From contig BROI01000028.1 of the NCBI GenBank assembly GCA_027923505.1, positions 1-64,000 of the forward strand: a stretch of DNA of 64,000 nt, read 5' to 3'. The DNA comes from Mayamaea pseudoterrestris. Taxonomy: Eukaryota. Of the stretch, positions 33,834 through 47,029 are shown in pieces (the first letter of the stretch is position 1; each line of letters begins with the position of its first letter). Both the position numbers and the translations under genes were made by a program. The notes beneath the pieces were generated by a model, which saw only the letters and a list, made by a program, of their open reading frames with translations, was not told the DNA's origin and searched no databases.

Positions 33834-36800
33834 ATGCTTCGACTTGCTGGAATTGGCGGCAGTCGCTTGTCTGTTTCGCAGCAAGTCCATCGAGCTCTTC
33901 GACCCTTTGTCACAAGCACAAGCATTTGCAACGAAAAGGCCAAGGAAGCAATTGCTACGGCTGCTACTGCTACTCCACTTGGCATTTCATACGATAAACT
34001 TACAGTTGGAGTACCCAAGGAGATTCTTGACTTGGAGAAACGAGTCGCAGCGACTCCAGAGTCTGTCGCTCGATTGGTAAAGGCAGGTTTCGCTTCCGTC
34101 CACGTTGAGTCGGGCGCTGGAGCCCAAGCTTTCTTTAGCGACGAATCATACCAACAGGCGGGAGCTAAAATTGTCGAAAATGCATGGAAGGAGTCCAATA
34201 TTGTTCTAAAGGTAAGATGATGGTCGTGTGTAATCGGAGCGGTTCATGTTGCATATAATGTCGCATGTCAAACCAATGCATCCATTCCTCCACGATACAG
34301 TCACTCACTCGCGCAAACACAGGTCCGAGTTCCAACCCTTGACGAAGCTAAGCAGCTCGGTGATCGTACCTTGATTTCGTTCCTTTGGCCCAAGCAAAAT
34401 GAGTCGCTCGTTAAACAATTGGCGTCGCAAAAGGCTACAGCATTTGCCATGGACTGCATTCCAAGAACTCTTTCGCGTGGACAAACGTATGATGCATTGT
34501 CCTCGCAAGCGAATATTAGCGGTTATAGAGCTGTACTCGAAGCATCCAATGAGTTTGGAAGATTCCTGGCTGGGCAAATGACAGCGGCTGGAAAGGTTCC
34601 ACCAGCAAAAGTACTTGTTATTGGCACTGGAGTGGCGGGATTGGCGGCCATTCAAACGGCAAAAAATATGGGAGCCATTGTACGAGCCTTTGACGTACGA
34701 CCCGTTACCAAGGAGCAAGTAGAAGCCATGGGAGCGTCGTTTCTGGAGGTTGACTATCAGGAAGATGGAAGTGGAGCGGGTGGATATGCCAAGGAAATGA
34801 GCAAGGAATGGCACGCAGCGGCTCGAGCCATGCTTACCAAGCAGTGCGAAGATTGCGACATTGTCATTACAACAGCCTTGATTCCCGGACGAGCGGCGCC
34901 TATCATGGTTACGAAACAAATGGTGGCGAAAATGAAGAATGGGTCCGTAACAGTCGACTTGGCAGCGGAAGCTGGTGGAAATATTGAAACGACAGTTAAG
35001 GATCAACGTATTGTCACACCCAATGGAGTAACGTGCCTTGGTTACACGGATCTGCCGAGTCGGCTGCCCACCACCTCGTCGAGTTTGTATGCGAATAACA
35101 TTTCCAAATTCTTGTTGAGTATTGGGCCGCAAACGACAAAGCAGCAAGGCTATTACTACATTGATCACGAGGATGAAGCGGTCCGAGGCATGCTAGTCTT
35201 GGAAGGGGGGAAAATGATGTATCCTGCGCCACTTCCGCCGGCGCCACCCGCTCCGCCAAAGACAGAGGAGAAGGTGCAAGCACCGGTGGTGATTGACTAC
35301 AAGAAACCTTTCGTCCAAGGAGCCAAGAATGCCGGTTACGTTGCCGGAGGCATTTTGGCTATGGGCACAGTTGCTCCGAATCCAGTCTTTGCCAGCATGT
35401 TGACCACCTTTTGTTTATCAAATGTGATTGGCGTTCAAGTCGTCATGGGTGTCACTCACGCTTTACACTCGCCGCTCATGGCTGTGACGAATGCTATTTC
35501 TGGAACCACGGCGCTTGGCGGACTTCATTTGTTAGCGCATTCATCGTGTGGATCAGCAACAGCACTTGCGGCGGCTGCAACGACCTTGTCAACGGTAAAT
35601 ATTGTTGGTGGCTTTATAGTCACGAAGAAGATGCTCAATATGTTTCGGCGCCCGGACGACCCACCCGAATATTATCACTACTATGGAGTTCCAGCAGGTG
35701 CAGCCTTGGCGCTTTATGGAATTGGATCCATGACGGGCAAATACCCAGAGCTCGACTCTGCCGCGTCCACCCTGTCGGGTTTGTTGTGCATTGGAGGTAT
35801 TGCCGGACTTGCCTCGCAAAAGACGGCGCGTCTTGGTGCAGTATCTGGGCAAGCAGGAGTTGCTCTCGGCGTTGTTTCGACGATTGGACATTTGCATCCT
35901 AGCTTCGGAACTCTGTGCAGCATGGCAGGATTGATGGGTGTCGGAGCTGTTGCTGGTAACTACGTTGGGAACCGTGTCGAACCAACTTCGTTGCCCCAGG
36001 CTGTTGCGGCTTTCCATTCACTCGTTGGTTTAGCGGCAAGTGCCGCCGCTATTGGCGACTACATCAATTGCGAAGACGTGACCAAGCTTGATGGTGTTCA
36101 CTTGGCATCAATCTACTTGGCGACGATTATTGGTAGTGTCACGTTTACTGGAAGTCTTGTGGCGTTTGGAAAATTAGACAATCGACTGGATTCGGCTCCT
36201 TTAAAATTGAAACAACGCGATCGAATCAACATGGGCCTTGGTGCTGCGACGGTGGGTGCTGGCGCCGTCGTCATGGGTGGACCAGAAGCTGCTACTGGAT
36301 TGGCGGCGTTGACGGGTGCTTTGGGTACATCTGGTGCACTGGGCATGCATATGACAGCGTCGATTGGTGGAGCGGACATGCCAGTTGTCATCACAGTATT
36401 GAACAGTTACTCTGGATGGGCGCGTAAGTTATTAATATCCGCTCCTTGTCGTCATGGCGTTGGATGATTTGGCTGTGTCCTTACATACTCCTACGAATCT
36501 TTTTATTTCTTTTTATACCTCCAATGCCGATTGTAGTATGCGCGGAAGGATTCATGCTTGAAATGCCATTGCTGGTTACGGTTGGTGCTCTCATTGGGTG
36601 CTCGGGTGCAGCGCTTACAAAGATTATGTGTGATGCCATGAACCGCGATTTAGTGAGTGTCATTCTCGGCGGATATGGTACCAAATCGACAGCCGGAAGC
36701 GGAGCTGCTAAAGTATTTGAAGGCGAAGCGACTCTTACAAGTGTTGATGCTACTGTTCAGCTCTTGACGGAAGCGGAGTCGATTATTATCGTTCCCGGCT

Positions 36801-37264
36801 ATGGTCTTGCCGTTGCTCACGCTCAGTATCCATTGAAATCCATGGTTGATGTTCTTCGCAAGCAAGGCAAGAATGTGAGGTTTGGTATACATCCAGTTGC
36901 TGGTCGCATGCCAGGTCAATTGAATGTCTTGCTTGCGGAAGCGGGCGTTCCGTACGATATTGTTGAGGAGATGGAGGAAATCAACGACGATTTTAAAGAT
37001 ACGGATGTGGTCTTGGTGATTGGAGCAAATGATACAGTCAATTCGGCCGCCGAAGACGATCCCAACTCGCAAATTGCCGGCATGCCAGTTCTTCGCGTGT
37101 GGACTTCCAAACAGGTAATAGTTTTGAAGCGATCGATGGCGGCAGGGTACGCTGGCGTCGACAATCCCGTCTTCGTGAAACCTAATACTGCCATGCTTCT
37201 TGGCGACGCAAACGACACTGTGGAGAAGCTGGATCTGGGAGTGAAGGAGTACTACGGAAAATAA
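33834..37264 (+). CDS. NNT: Mitochondrial proton-translocating NAD(P) transhydrogenase, single-chain alpha-beta type (introns 34212-34322, 36424-36536)
   Basis: [81 protein letters not shown]; Arg/Ser-rich transit peptide; both introns restore the frame. Confidence 0.97.
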
Positions 37265-37401
37265 TGCGATAGCTTGCCATTTTGCTACTATCGTACGCAT
37301 GATAATATGTAGACTCCATAGCTGTAGCAATGTAACGGCTTACGTACGTCGAAACTTCTCGACCAACAAACAGTCTTTTCAACACATATGCAGAGCTCGC
37401 T

Positions 37402-40400
37402 TTATAAGACGCCGACAAAGTACCTTTGGTAACGATCGTACCAATCGGTCCGCCAATTCTCTATCGAGTCATCAATTAAACAATTCACCAGCTCACGGCA
37501 GGCTCGATCGTTCAAATCGAGACGGAAGCGTTCCCTAAGTTGTCGGATTGCTTCATCTGGCCGCCCTCGAAAACAATTTAATTCTTCATTTCCTTGCTTT
37601 AGCATTTCGACCATCAGGATTATTTCCATGCAGTTACGACGCAGAGTGATAAAGCTCTTGTAGCAAAGCTCTCGATACGTTCGAAACAACCGGCTATGAG
37701 GCCCTCCTAACAAGTCAACAAAGTCACGCGTCAGCTTGAACGGCGCACTCTCGAAACCAACATTCGATCCTGGACTACTTAAAAAGAAGAATCCAAAATC
37801 AATATGAATAACGTGCCCTCGATTGTCCAATAAAATATTGCCATTGTGTCGGTCCTTGATTTGAAGGAGGTAACAGACGATGCTATATGCCGCCAGCGAC
37901 TCCACAAAATTGGCTTGTGCACCAGCAAACTCCTCGCTTCCCTCGATGCCGAAATGGGAGATAAAGAATCGTTTCAAAGTAGAAAAATTTATATCGTTCC
38001 GTTTCAGCGAATCGAGGGATATTGTGTCGGGTATCGCTTCGACGATGCCTCCGTTATTCGTCAGTGCAATTATCTCATAGGGACACAGCCAAACGTTGAC
38101 TTTTTCTCGGGCGAGTATGGCAGCCATGCGATATATCAACTGCGACGCAAGCTGCTCTTGACGCAGGTCGTCATTTGCTTTAATCAGAATGGGAAGTAGC
38201 CTCCAACCGGGTTTTGCACCAAAAGCACTCTTTTGTCGAATGCGACTCTCCTTGGCTTGCCAACTTTCGCGAAAGACAACAGGAGGTCGTGCCGCTGGAA
38301 GATTCGTTTGTAATGAATCTGCATGTGCTGTCATGCGAATTGACAGTTGAGACTGTGAGCGTGGGCTTGCTGTTGGTTCGCCTTCATGGTCTGATCCGTA
38401 CGGAAGCATCGATGACTCGGAGTCATCCAATACTCCAGTTTCTTGTCGTCGAATATTTGAACTCTTCTCCGTTTGAAGCTTTGCATGAGGCGACGACCAT
38501 TGTCCCATGGACGCTAACGAAGCGGAAGAATTATTTCGGGTAATGATGGGCGAAGCGGTGGTGCCCTGATTTTCTGGCATGTATGAATCAAGCGACCGAG
38601 CAGTCTCAATATCGCCTTGCTCGTCACTGCGATTCATTCGCTGCAATGAAGCACTGGCAATAGTATCAACGCCGTCAAGAACCGCTTCCGCCACTCTCAA
38701 CGATTTCAACTCGTCTGACGCTGATCGCTCGCGAAAGAGATTAATTTTTTCTCTCATTTGCGCCGACATTTTGTCCGTTGCACCCTTGACGGTTCCCGTC
38801 ACCTTGTCGAAGAACGTTGTGCGGCGAGAAGGATCTCTGCGTCCGTATCTCCATTCTGCCAACAGCTCACTCTCCGCTGAGTCCATTTCAAGAGTCTCTG
38901 CCAATGGACGTCGGCCTGGCGAAGGAGATTCGGTCGCTTCTGTACTCGCAGATTGTAGCGTTTGATGAGTGCGTTTTGGCAACAAGCTCCAACCAGCAGG
39001 TTTGCGCCGCCTCGGCTTGTAGGCAACAACTTCCATAGTAATGATGCAAGGTACTCGCTCTTTGGTTCCAAGCGAAATACTCTCTTCAGGAACGATGCGC
39101 CAGACTCGATGATTCGAATTACCGATCGGCATGTAAATGCTGCGTGAAGGAAAGTGGCAATGTTAAAAAGCTGCGAATACTAAACAATTTGTTCGAGCAT
39201 ATTTTGCTAGCAAATACATACGCATTATCCGGCAAAAGATCGCATTCAATTATTTGCAATTGCTTCCTCAACTCGTCTCGTCGCTCCGAAACCGGAACTT
39301 CAAACATTCGATCCGCCAAGACTAAAAGCGTATCCAAAAACCGAGGCGTCCTGTCAAACTGCTCCGTCGTGTTCAAAATCAATTTCCCATCATGCTTGTC
39401 GTCATTCAAGGAAAGCCGCGACTCGCCCTCATTCAGAGGCATAAACCCATACTTGTGATGCGAGGAAATGACATCCAAGTGACGGACGGAAGGGAATCCA
39501 CTCCTTGGATTAATTGGCACCAAACCCTTTTCAACAGCGTACATTAGCTTGGAGGGCGACTGGAACCACTCGTTCTGTTGGTTTTCAGCTACAAGTTCCG
39601 TCGGTTCGGTTACTAGATTGGACTGACATGACACAAAACTCGTGTCGGACGATGTCGAGTCATCATCGTTCGCATGGTGTTCACTATTCCACAAGCCGTC
39701 ACCATCCTTTGTATTTTGCAGCGGCGGACCAAAGGCAAGTATTTTCGCAGATACTTCACCGCACTCCTTGACGCGCATCATGAGCCGTTGGATCAGTGCT
39801 CGCTCTTCGGGTAGAAACCGTTCCGTCGCTGTTGCTTCCAATAATTGCTGCGGCATATTGGAACGTGATGCACGACGATGGTTGCATGTACTCATAGCTG
39901 TAGCGTCGGGCATGGCTGGTTCATCCAAAAATGGAGACAATGGAGACTCCGAGCTGGTGCGACTCCGGAGACTGCTTGCGGGTCGTGGCTGCATTGGTGG
40001 CTGCTGCTGTCGCGTTGACGCTTGCGCCGGTGCTTCCAAACACCATGCCCGCAGAAACCAGTAGCATCGGTGAGCAAACTGCACGTTGCGCCGGCACTTG
40101 TTCAATATCCACTCCTCGAGTTTTGGAGACGTTTCGAGTGCCCCATGTAACAAGAATGAAAGTAGTTGCGGCACCCAAAACGTCAATGAAACTCCATCGT
40201 CCATGTCAAAAACATGATCAAGTCGTTCATTATCCAACACGTCTTGATAGGCAAACAGTTGCAGCAGGACTCTAAATGGAGTCACTACTGTAGTCAGTGA
40301 ATGCTGCACGATGTTGGACGATGTCGTTCGTTGGTGGTGCTGCAGGTTGACTCCAGTTGCTGGTCCATTCGGACTGGTGAGTTGCAAAGGCTGCGACGAC

Positions 40401-41161
40401 GACGATACAGAAATGCGATTGGTAAAGTCTTCTAGTCGAGCCGACCATTCCGTCTTGGCGATTCTTAGTCGTGTCTGAATATCTTCCATGAAGTCAGTCA
40501 TGGTATGCAAAAATACATCGTCCGTGGAATGCGCATGTTGTTGCGAGGGCGAGGTTATCATGAACGAATTTCCATTCTGTTGATGCTGCTGATTGCTGAA
40601 TTGTCTCAACTGAAAGTAAAGTGACGGAGCCCTCCTTCCACTGCTCAACGCATTTCCATTTAACATGCTGTATGAATATTGTTGCAGTGGAGCTGTCGAT
40701 CGAACGTGAACCAGTAGAATCAAGTGACAAATGTTGCTCACCATCGTCAAAATGAGCATCCACCAGAGCCTTCGAAAGTCGTAGAACAACTCCATTATGC
40801 CATTATCGTTTTGACTATTGCTTGGCTTGTCCAAGGGAAGCAGCGATTCGATTGACTCTGGATTAATGAATGCCAATCCAATCATTTGCGCAAGTACCAG
40901 TAGCATTGTCGTCCAGTAAAGCAACGAGTAAGCCGTCGAAAATCTCAAGGCCGTTCCAGTGTAGGAGTGAAAGAGCATTGGAAATATTAACAAGATGACG
41001 CGAATAATTGCCAAGTATATGAGGTAGCGCGAACAGTAAATCCAAGAGTATGACTCGCCATTTTCCTTTTCGCGCTTGGAAAGGCCGTGAAATTGTCGGC
41101 CGAGGAATACCACGACGCCGTCGGAAGCGAGGGCGCTTAACGCTGGCAGCAGAAACGGCAT
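37402..41161 (-). CDS. PI4K: Phosphatidylinositol 4-kinase (type III beta-like), intron 39140-39221
   Basis: FWVPQLL and FAHRCYWFL helical region, TKERVP, KANDDLRQEQLA, LQIKDRHNGNILLD, HIDFGF, FESAPFKLT, YDRYQ; intron gives DNA|IYMP in frame. Confidence 0.95.
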
Positions 41162-41504
41162 GACTGGAATATCTTGCTGAATTATTTGACTCTCTGTTTT
41201 ATGTAGTTGTGGAGTCTTGGAGTATGGATAGAGAGGACAAGGATACGGAAGGGAATGAGTCTTTCTTGCATCGCTTTGTTTTGCATGGTTGCCGTCAGCG
41301 AGCAGGCAGTTGTCGGAGCGGTTATGGATGAGTACCGGTAGAGGTACCGGTACAGTAGCTTACATTTCACACTGTACAAGTACCTTCTTCGAACCAGTGC
41401 GTTTTGTTGTCCAAGCCAAAAAGGTTCCGTTGCATGTTTACATGATACAAGTACCGGTAGTTTATTGCTTGAGTTCTACTTTTACATTCGAACGCCATTC
41501 CTTG

Positions 41505-42799
41505 CTATGGAAACGTCAAGCCCGGTCGCTGCGAATTCTTGTTGTCCAAATAGTCGGCAAATGACTCGGGCGTCTTGCCAATCAACTTGTGCAAGTCGTT
41601 GGTGTACGATGATCGCAATTCGTCAATGCCGCTTGCCTTCATCTTTTCAAAGGCAGCAGAGTCGCGGACCAGCCACTGCGGCAAGCCACGACGCAATATA
41701 TCCTTCTTGTATTCATGGTAACCAAGAGAAACATGCTCAATGGTTTTATTATAAGCCTTGCTCAGCAGCTTGGCAACATCCTTGTCATAAGTTGGTCCTG
41801 GTCCAGTCAGATTGTAAGTCTTGTTGCGATGATTCGAGCGATTCAGCAAAACGACCACGGCGGCATCAGCCACATCGTTGGGACTCACGTAGTTGACTCC
41901 CATGCCGTAGCTTGCCGTGACAAACTGGCACTCCTCCTTGAGCAACCTCCCTTGATGAAGGAGCGGAGTGGACATTAAGTGCGAAGTGCAAAGGATGGTG
42001 TAACTCATTTTGGAAGTCTTTGGAGTTTGCTCGAGAATGTCGTCGCATGTTGAGTGAAAGTGGCTGTGACGTATGAATGAGACGATGGATTGTGTTAGTA
42101 AATCAGGTCACGAAATACTAACATGCTTCTGCATCTTCTATCGCACTTACCAAAAGGGAACCGCTTCTCTATACCGATCACCTGCATCCGTGTGACGCAA
42201 AAAGGAAATCTTGCAAAAGTGTTCGACTTTCAATGCCTTGCACTTGCTAAGAAAGGCAGGAAAGACTGACGCCCACTGATCCATGTGCGGTATGGTACAA
42301 AAGACGGTAGTAACGCCCTTGAGTGCATTCTCATAGGACGTTTCATCGTTCCAGTCAAAATCAATCACTTGTGCGCCCTTGGCTTCAAGTATGGAAGCAA
42401 TATTGTCGGCAAATCCCTTCATATTGGCACCGGCACCAAGCTTGCGCTCGCCACTCCAGATACCAACACTGACGCTCGTATGGCCAGCCTCTAGTAGCGA
42501 CATGGCGACGCGATACCCAATCACGCCAGTACCAGACGTGATGAAGATTTTTCCTATGTCGGCAGTGTCGGGAGTGAAGCGACCGAGTCCAGGAATGACG
42601 TCTGGTCATGGCATAACGGAGGAAGCGAAGAACAAGTGAGTGCGTTTACATAGTGCAATGAGTGTGTACGAGGCAAGCGTGACGAGGCATTCATTCATCC
42701 ATTCATTCATCCAATAGAAGGGACAAGGCCTCAACCAGCACGTAACAACGAATATGACGCACCTGCGACGGCCTTGCCGGTTGCTTTGATGAGGCTCAT
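41505..42799 (-). CDS. NmrA-like NAD(P)-binding atypical SDR protein, 3 exons
   Basis: KIFITSGTGVIGYRVA Rossmann motif, YVSPNDVADAA, YNLTGP; introns ~42065-42150 and ~42603-42762; start MSLIKATG. Confidence 0.88.
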
Positions 42800-43185
42800 G
42801 CTAACTGCGTTTAAAGTCTAACTAACGACAGAATGCAACTATAGGAGAAGCCCTGCACGGTAAGTCGCTTGGATGATGGATTAACAGCAAGCTTACGTTG
42901 CTTCGATGGAGGCAGCGTCGAGTGGAAGGCAAGGCTCTTGTTGGCCCGATCGAGCGGCTATTTACTTATGTACACTTAGGCGTACACTAAAAGTGTCATG
43001 GTCATTTTGATGAGTCATGGTCGACGCAGCTGTTTTCTTTGTTTGCTTGTCCGTGACACGACCCATGAGTTTTCGATCGAAGAACTCGTGGCGGAGGCGC
43101 GCCGGTCACTTGCTCCGACATGAATCTTGTTCACATTCTTTGCCATCAACAAGATCAACATCCTCGCTCCCACTATAGCTGCAAC

Positions 43186-44463
43186 ATGTTTCGATTATTG
43201 CATTGCCCTTCGACAGCAGCGACGTGCTTATCTCGTGCTTCGAGTCCAGCATATTTACGAGCATCATCCTTTCTAGCCGAACGAAGTCTTTCATCCGATG
43301 CAACAGCATCATCAAGCCAAACATCCGCGCAAGGAGGGGTCTTTGGAAAGATTGCTTGCCTTGGAACGGGTAAAATGGCCTCGGCAGTACTGACGCCAAT
43401 GGTTCGTCAGGGCGTTCAGCCAGCTCAAGACATTACCATTTTCGACGTCAATCTTGGCGTTGCCGAGAAGCTTGCATCCGATCACGGTTTCGAAATGGCT
43501 GACAATATTCCAGCACTTGTCGAGGACGCCGATTTGGTCATTTTGGCCGTCAAGCCACAAAATTTAACACCAGCTTTTTGGAACGAATTGCAAAAGAGTC
43601 ACATCTCCGAAGACGCCATTTGCTTGTCAATCATTGCTGGCAAGCCAATTGACTGCTATCGAGACGGAGGCTTTGAAAAGATTGTCAGAAGCATGCCAAA
43701 TACGCCGGCGACAATTGGGGAAGGCATGACGGTTTGGAGCTCGACGCCAAATCTAAACAAGGAGGAGCGGAAAAAGATTAGAAACATTCTATCTTGTTTT
43801 GGAAAAAGTGTGAGTCCTACCATCTTCCATGTATTTGCTGGTTGCTAGTGGCTCTTTCGTTTTGCATACTCACCCATCCATTGCTATACACGCAGATGTA
43901 CGTGGACGACGAATCCTTCATTGACATGGCCACTTCGATCAGTGGTAGCGGTCCTGCGTACATTTTCATGCTCATGGAGAGCATGATTGACGCCGGCGTT
44001 CACATGGTACGTGCGACGAATGGTGAACTACTACCGTAGGGTTGTAAGCACGGGACGTAACCAACGATTCATCACTCGTCTTCTTTTATTTATTATACAG
44101 GGCTTTCCTCGCGACAAGGCCACTACATTGGTATACCATACCATGCTTGGGTCAACACTTTTTGCCATGGAAACGGGCGAACATCCTGCCATTCTCCGCA
44201 ACAGTGTCACTTCTCCTTCCGGAACAACAGCTTCAGCCATTTACGAGTTGGAGAACGGGCGATTTCGAACCGTAATCAAGGATGCCATGTGGGCCTGTTA
44301 TCGACGAAGCTTGGAAATGGGCAATCATGATTCCAATGTCGGTCCTGGACGGTCCAAGGAAATTGCTCATAAAGTCTTGTTGGAGACGGCCGACGAGTCA
44401 GACACAGACGAGGAGGACAATGTCAAGAAGGTGTTCATCATGAAGGAGCGAGTGGGGCAGTAA
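43186..44463 (+). CDS. proC: Pyrroline-5-carboxylate reductase (introns ~43810-43895, ~44007-44100)
   Basis: LGTGKMA, VILAVKPQ, RSMPNTPA, SGSGPAYIF, VTSPSGTT; N-terminal extension resembles a mitochondrial transit peptide. Confidence 0.95.
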
Positions 44464-44685
44464 ATGCAATTGCCAAATGGGATGCATGAAGTAGACACAA
44501 GATTCATAAGCAAACAGCATGGCGATAATCGTCAAGCTACGGGTTAAAGTTACATATGTTGAATGACCTTGGTTTTACTACTGTATTTTATAACATTCAG
44601 CGTGACGCATTTCTTACATGGATAATAATGCTCATCCTCGTTTACTCGAGCATGTCGCTCCAAGAAGCGCGACAACATTTAAATC

Positions 44686-45354
44686 TTACTTGTTCATTTG
44701 CAGGTAACCAATTGCAATGGCAATCATGGCCACCAAGACAAGGACCAATGGCGCATTACTTGCTGATGCTGACGCCTGTAGTTGTTTCTCAGCATCCGCC
44801 TTTAACTTGGCGAGCGCCGCTGCATCCATTTTGAACGTTCCAATCAAGTATTTGGCCAGTTCCTCGCGAGCCTCCTTGGAATGTCCAATGTCCTCAAAGA
44901 ACTCATCGGCATTTGTTCCGGCAACGTCCAGCATGACTTCGGCTCCACCAGGGTGATCGTCCAAGTAGTCGGTCACGTCGTATACTTTTGGGCCGCCTAT
45001 TAGAAGAGGGAAAGGAGGAGATGCAGGGATGAGGCGATGGATGAGAAGGGAGCAAGCAGGCGAGCAGTAATGCAGTAATGGCTTGCTCTGCAATATATCT
45101 ACATGCAGTCCTTTCTTTTCGTTCCTTTCGCGAGATTATGACGGGACTTTCGCGCAAATACCCGTCATTCTCTCATCGTCAAACTCAAGGAACAGTCGTC
45201 ATTCCTCAATTGTGTCACAACTATGACGCAAGCAAGCAAGCGACGACTCACCATTACTCGCATTTCCAATAATAAGCCAGCAACTATCCGAAGTCCGATG
45301 CTCGGCTACTTCATCGAGTGTAAACTCTTTTTCTCCAGTGTTTACCTTCGCCAT
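44686..45354 (-). CDS. CYB5: Cytochrome b5, tail-anchored, one intron (~44997-45250)
   Basis: [37 protein letters not shown]-terminal transmembrane helix. Confidence 0.95.
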
Positions 45355-45798
45355 GGTCGATTCGTTGCTGTTGGGCGAGAGCGAAACGATTTGTGGTGAC
45401 GAAGGTTGGACGAGGCGAAAACGGGGGTGGAGGGGCGATGACGTCATTCCTCGTCATGAAAACTGAATCGAAAACGGCTGAAAGGAACAACTTTAAAACG
45501 TGAGGTGCGATGACGGACGACGGAAATAATGACCATGCCGTCATGGTGCGATCCTCTCGTCCTCGTCATGCAAAAGCATCTCTCTCAAACTACCGGTAGT
45601 CGACTCAAGTATTGCACGGGCCAATAAAAGACAGGTTGGAGAGGCTGCCATGGAATCGTTGAGTCACTGGAGGAACGAGGAGGTACATCGAGCCTGTCGT
45701 TGTCATACAGCAGGAGCACGAACGTTTAATGTTTGCGTTTTACTGTTAATGCAATCTAAAAATTACCAATTACTACCAGATACCAAATAACCTCATGT

Positions 45799-46644
45799 TT
45801 AGCTCCATGTCCGACCTCGCTTGACAGCTTTGTACGCAACTTTGATCTCCATTTCATGCATGGCAATCTTCTCGGCCACCAAACTTGCAAGTGTTTTGGT
45901 CAGTTCGGCTCGACGCGTCAATTCGTTCTTCTTCTTTTTCGCTGGATTCTTCTTCTTCTTGGTGCTGGCGGATGACGCGGTGTCCAATGAAGCGGACGAC
46001 GCGGAAGGTGACGGCAATGGCGACGTAGTCGTCGTCAAGGAGGCAGGAGCTGGAGTTACAGTCACTGCAGGAGAAACAACAGCCACTTCCTGGACCGGCG
46101 CAAAGTATACAACCTGCTGATACATAAACAAGGCATCGCGACGAGGATCCAAGAGAGTGGAATGCTTGGAAGTAGCCAACTTTGCTTCCGACGGGAGTGT
46201 GGCTTCGAATGAAACTTTGGCAACAAGATTCTCTCGCGGAATGACTGTGACGGGCGACAAACTATCGCTGGTCGATTCGGTCTGGCTATTCAATTCAAGC
46301 ACATCAACCGTCCATTTCTCCTCCACGTGTTCGTCCAAAGTATTGGTCAAAGACAGACGTGAGTGATCCGTTTCCGACAATGTCCCGTGCGAATTTGCCT
46401 CGATGGCGGTGGATGTAATGGCAAAATCAGTACTCGCCGTGAATGACTCCAGAAGTGGCAACTGTTGCAGGGCCTTGTCGAAATGACCAAGGACGCATTG
46501 AATCAATGGAAGACAAGTATCCATGCTTGGTAGAAGGAGTAACGCTTGTTGATGAGAAGGATGATGGTTGGATTGCAATTGGGTCGAGCCGCTCGCAGTT
46601 GATTGTCGTTTCGTTTCGCTGCCACAGAAGTAGCTTTCCAGCAA
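45799..46644 (-). CDS. Hypothetical Ser/Thr-rich protein with Lys-rich C-terminus; start uncertain
   Basis: 281-aa ORF with no recognisable domain. Confidence 0.5.
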   Translation of the reverse strand: MLESYFCGSETKRQSTASGSTQLQSNHHPSHQQALLLLPSMDTCLPLIQCVLGHFDKALQQLPLLESFTASTDFAITSTAIEANSHGTLSETDHSRLSLTNTLDEHVEEKWTVDVLELNSQTESTSDSLSPVTVIPRENLVAKVSFEATLPSEAKLATSKHSTLLDPRRDALFMYQQVVYFAPVQEVAVVSPAVTVTPAPASLTTTTSPLPSPSASSASLDTASSASTKKKKNPAKKKKNELTRRAELTKTLASLVAEKIAMHEMEIKVAYKAVKRGRTWS

Positions 46645-47029
46645 AGTTCGTAGGAGAAAGAGAGAGATAGGCGACGATTTGCAAGGTATCTAGTCTTGGT
46701 TGTCAAGAGTTGACAGTGAAGGGGTGTAAATGAACTGTCGAGGATGCAGAGTTGTGAGAAGGAAGCCATGTTCTTTTCGTCTATTCGTGCCGGCGGGTCA
46801 TTGTTCGGAGTCATTTTCGAGTTCCGATGTGCGACTTGATCGATGTGCGACCTAATCACAACCATAGCTAACGTTACAGTACGATTAACATACCGGTTGA
46901 AACTTGTGAAACACAGTTGATATGGCACAATTATGATGAGAGGTCTATTCGTTCTAGCTTGGCTGGAATGTTCTACAATGGGTGTTCTTGCTTTTTAAAG
47001 CCGCCGGCAACGTAAAGGCTGCCGCCCGT

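Noticed and set aside
34371..37264. Split alpha/beta transhydrogenase genes suggested by the ORF track
   Set aside because: Canonical introns join the ORFs into one NNT polypeptide.
42688..42713. CATT/CATC microsatellite
   Set aside because: Short simple repeat inside an intron; unremarkable.
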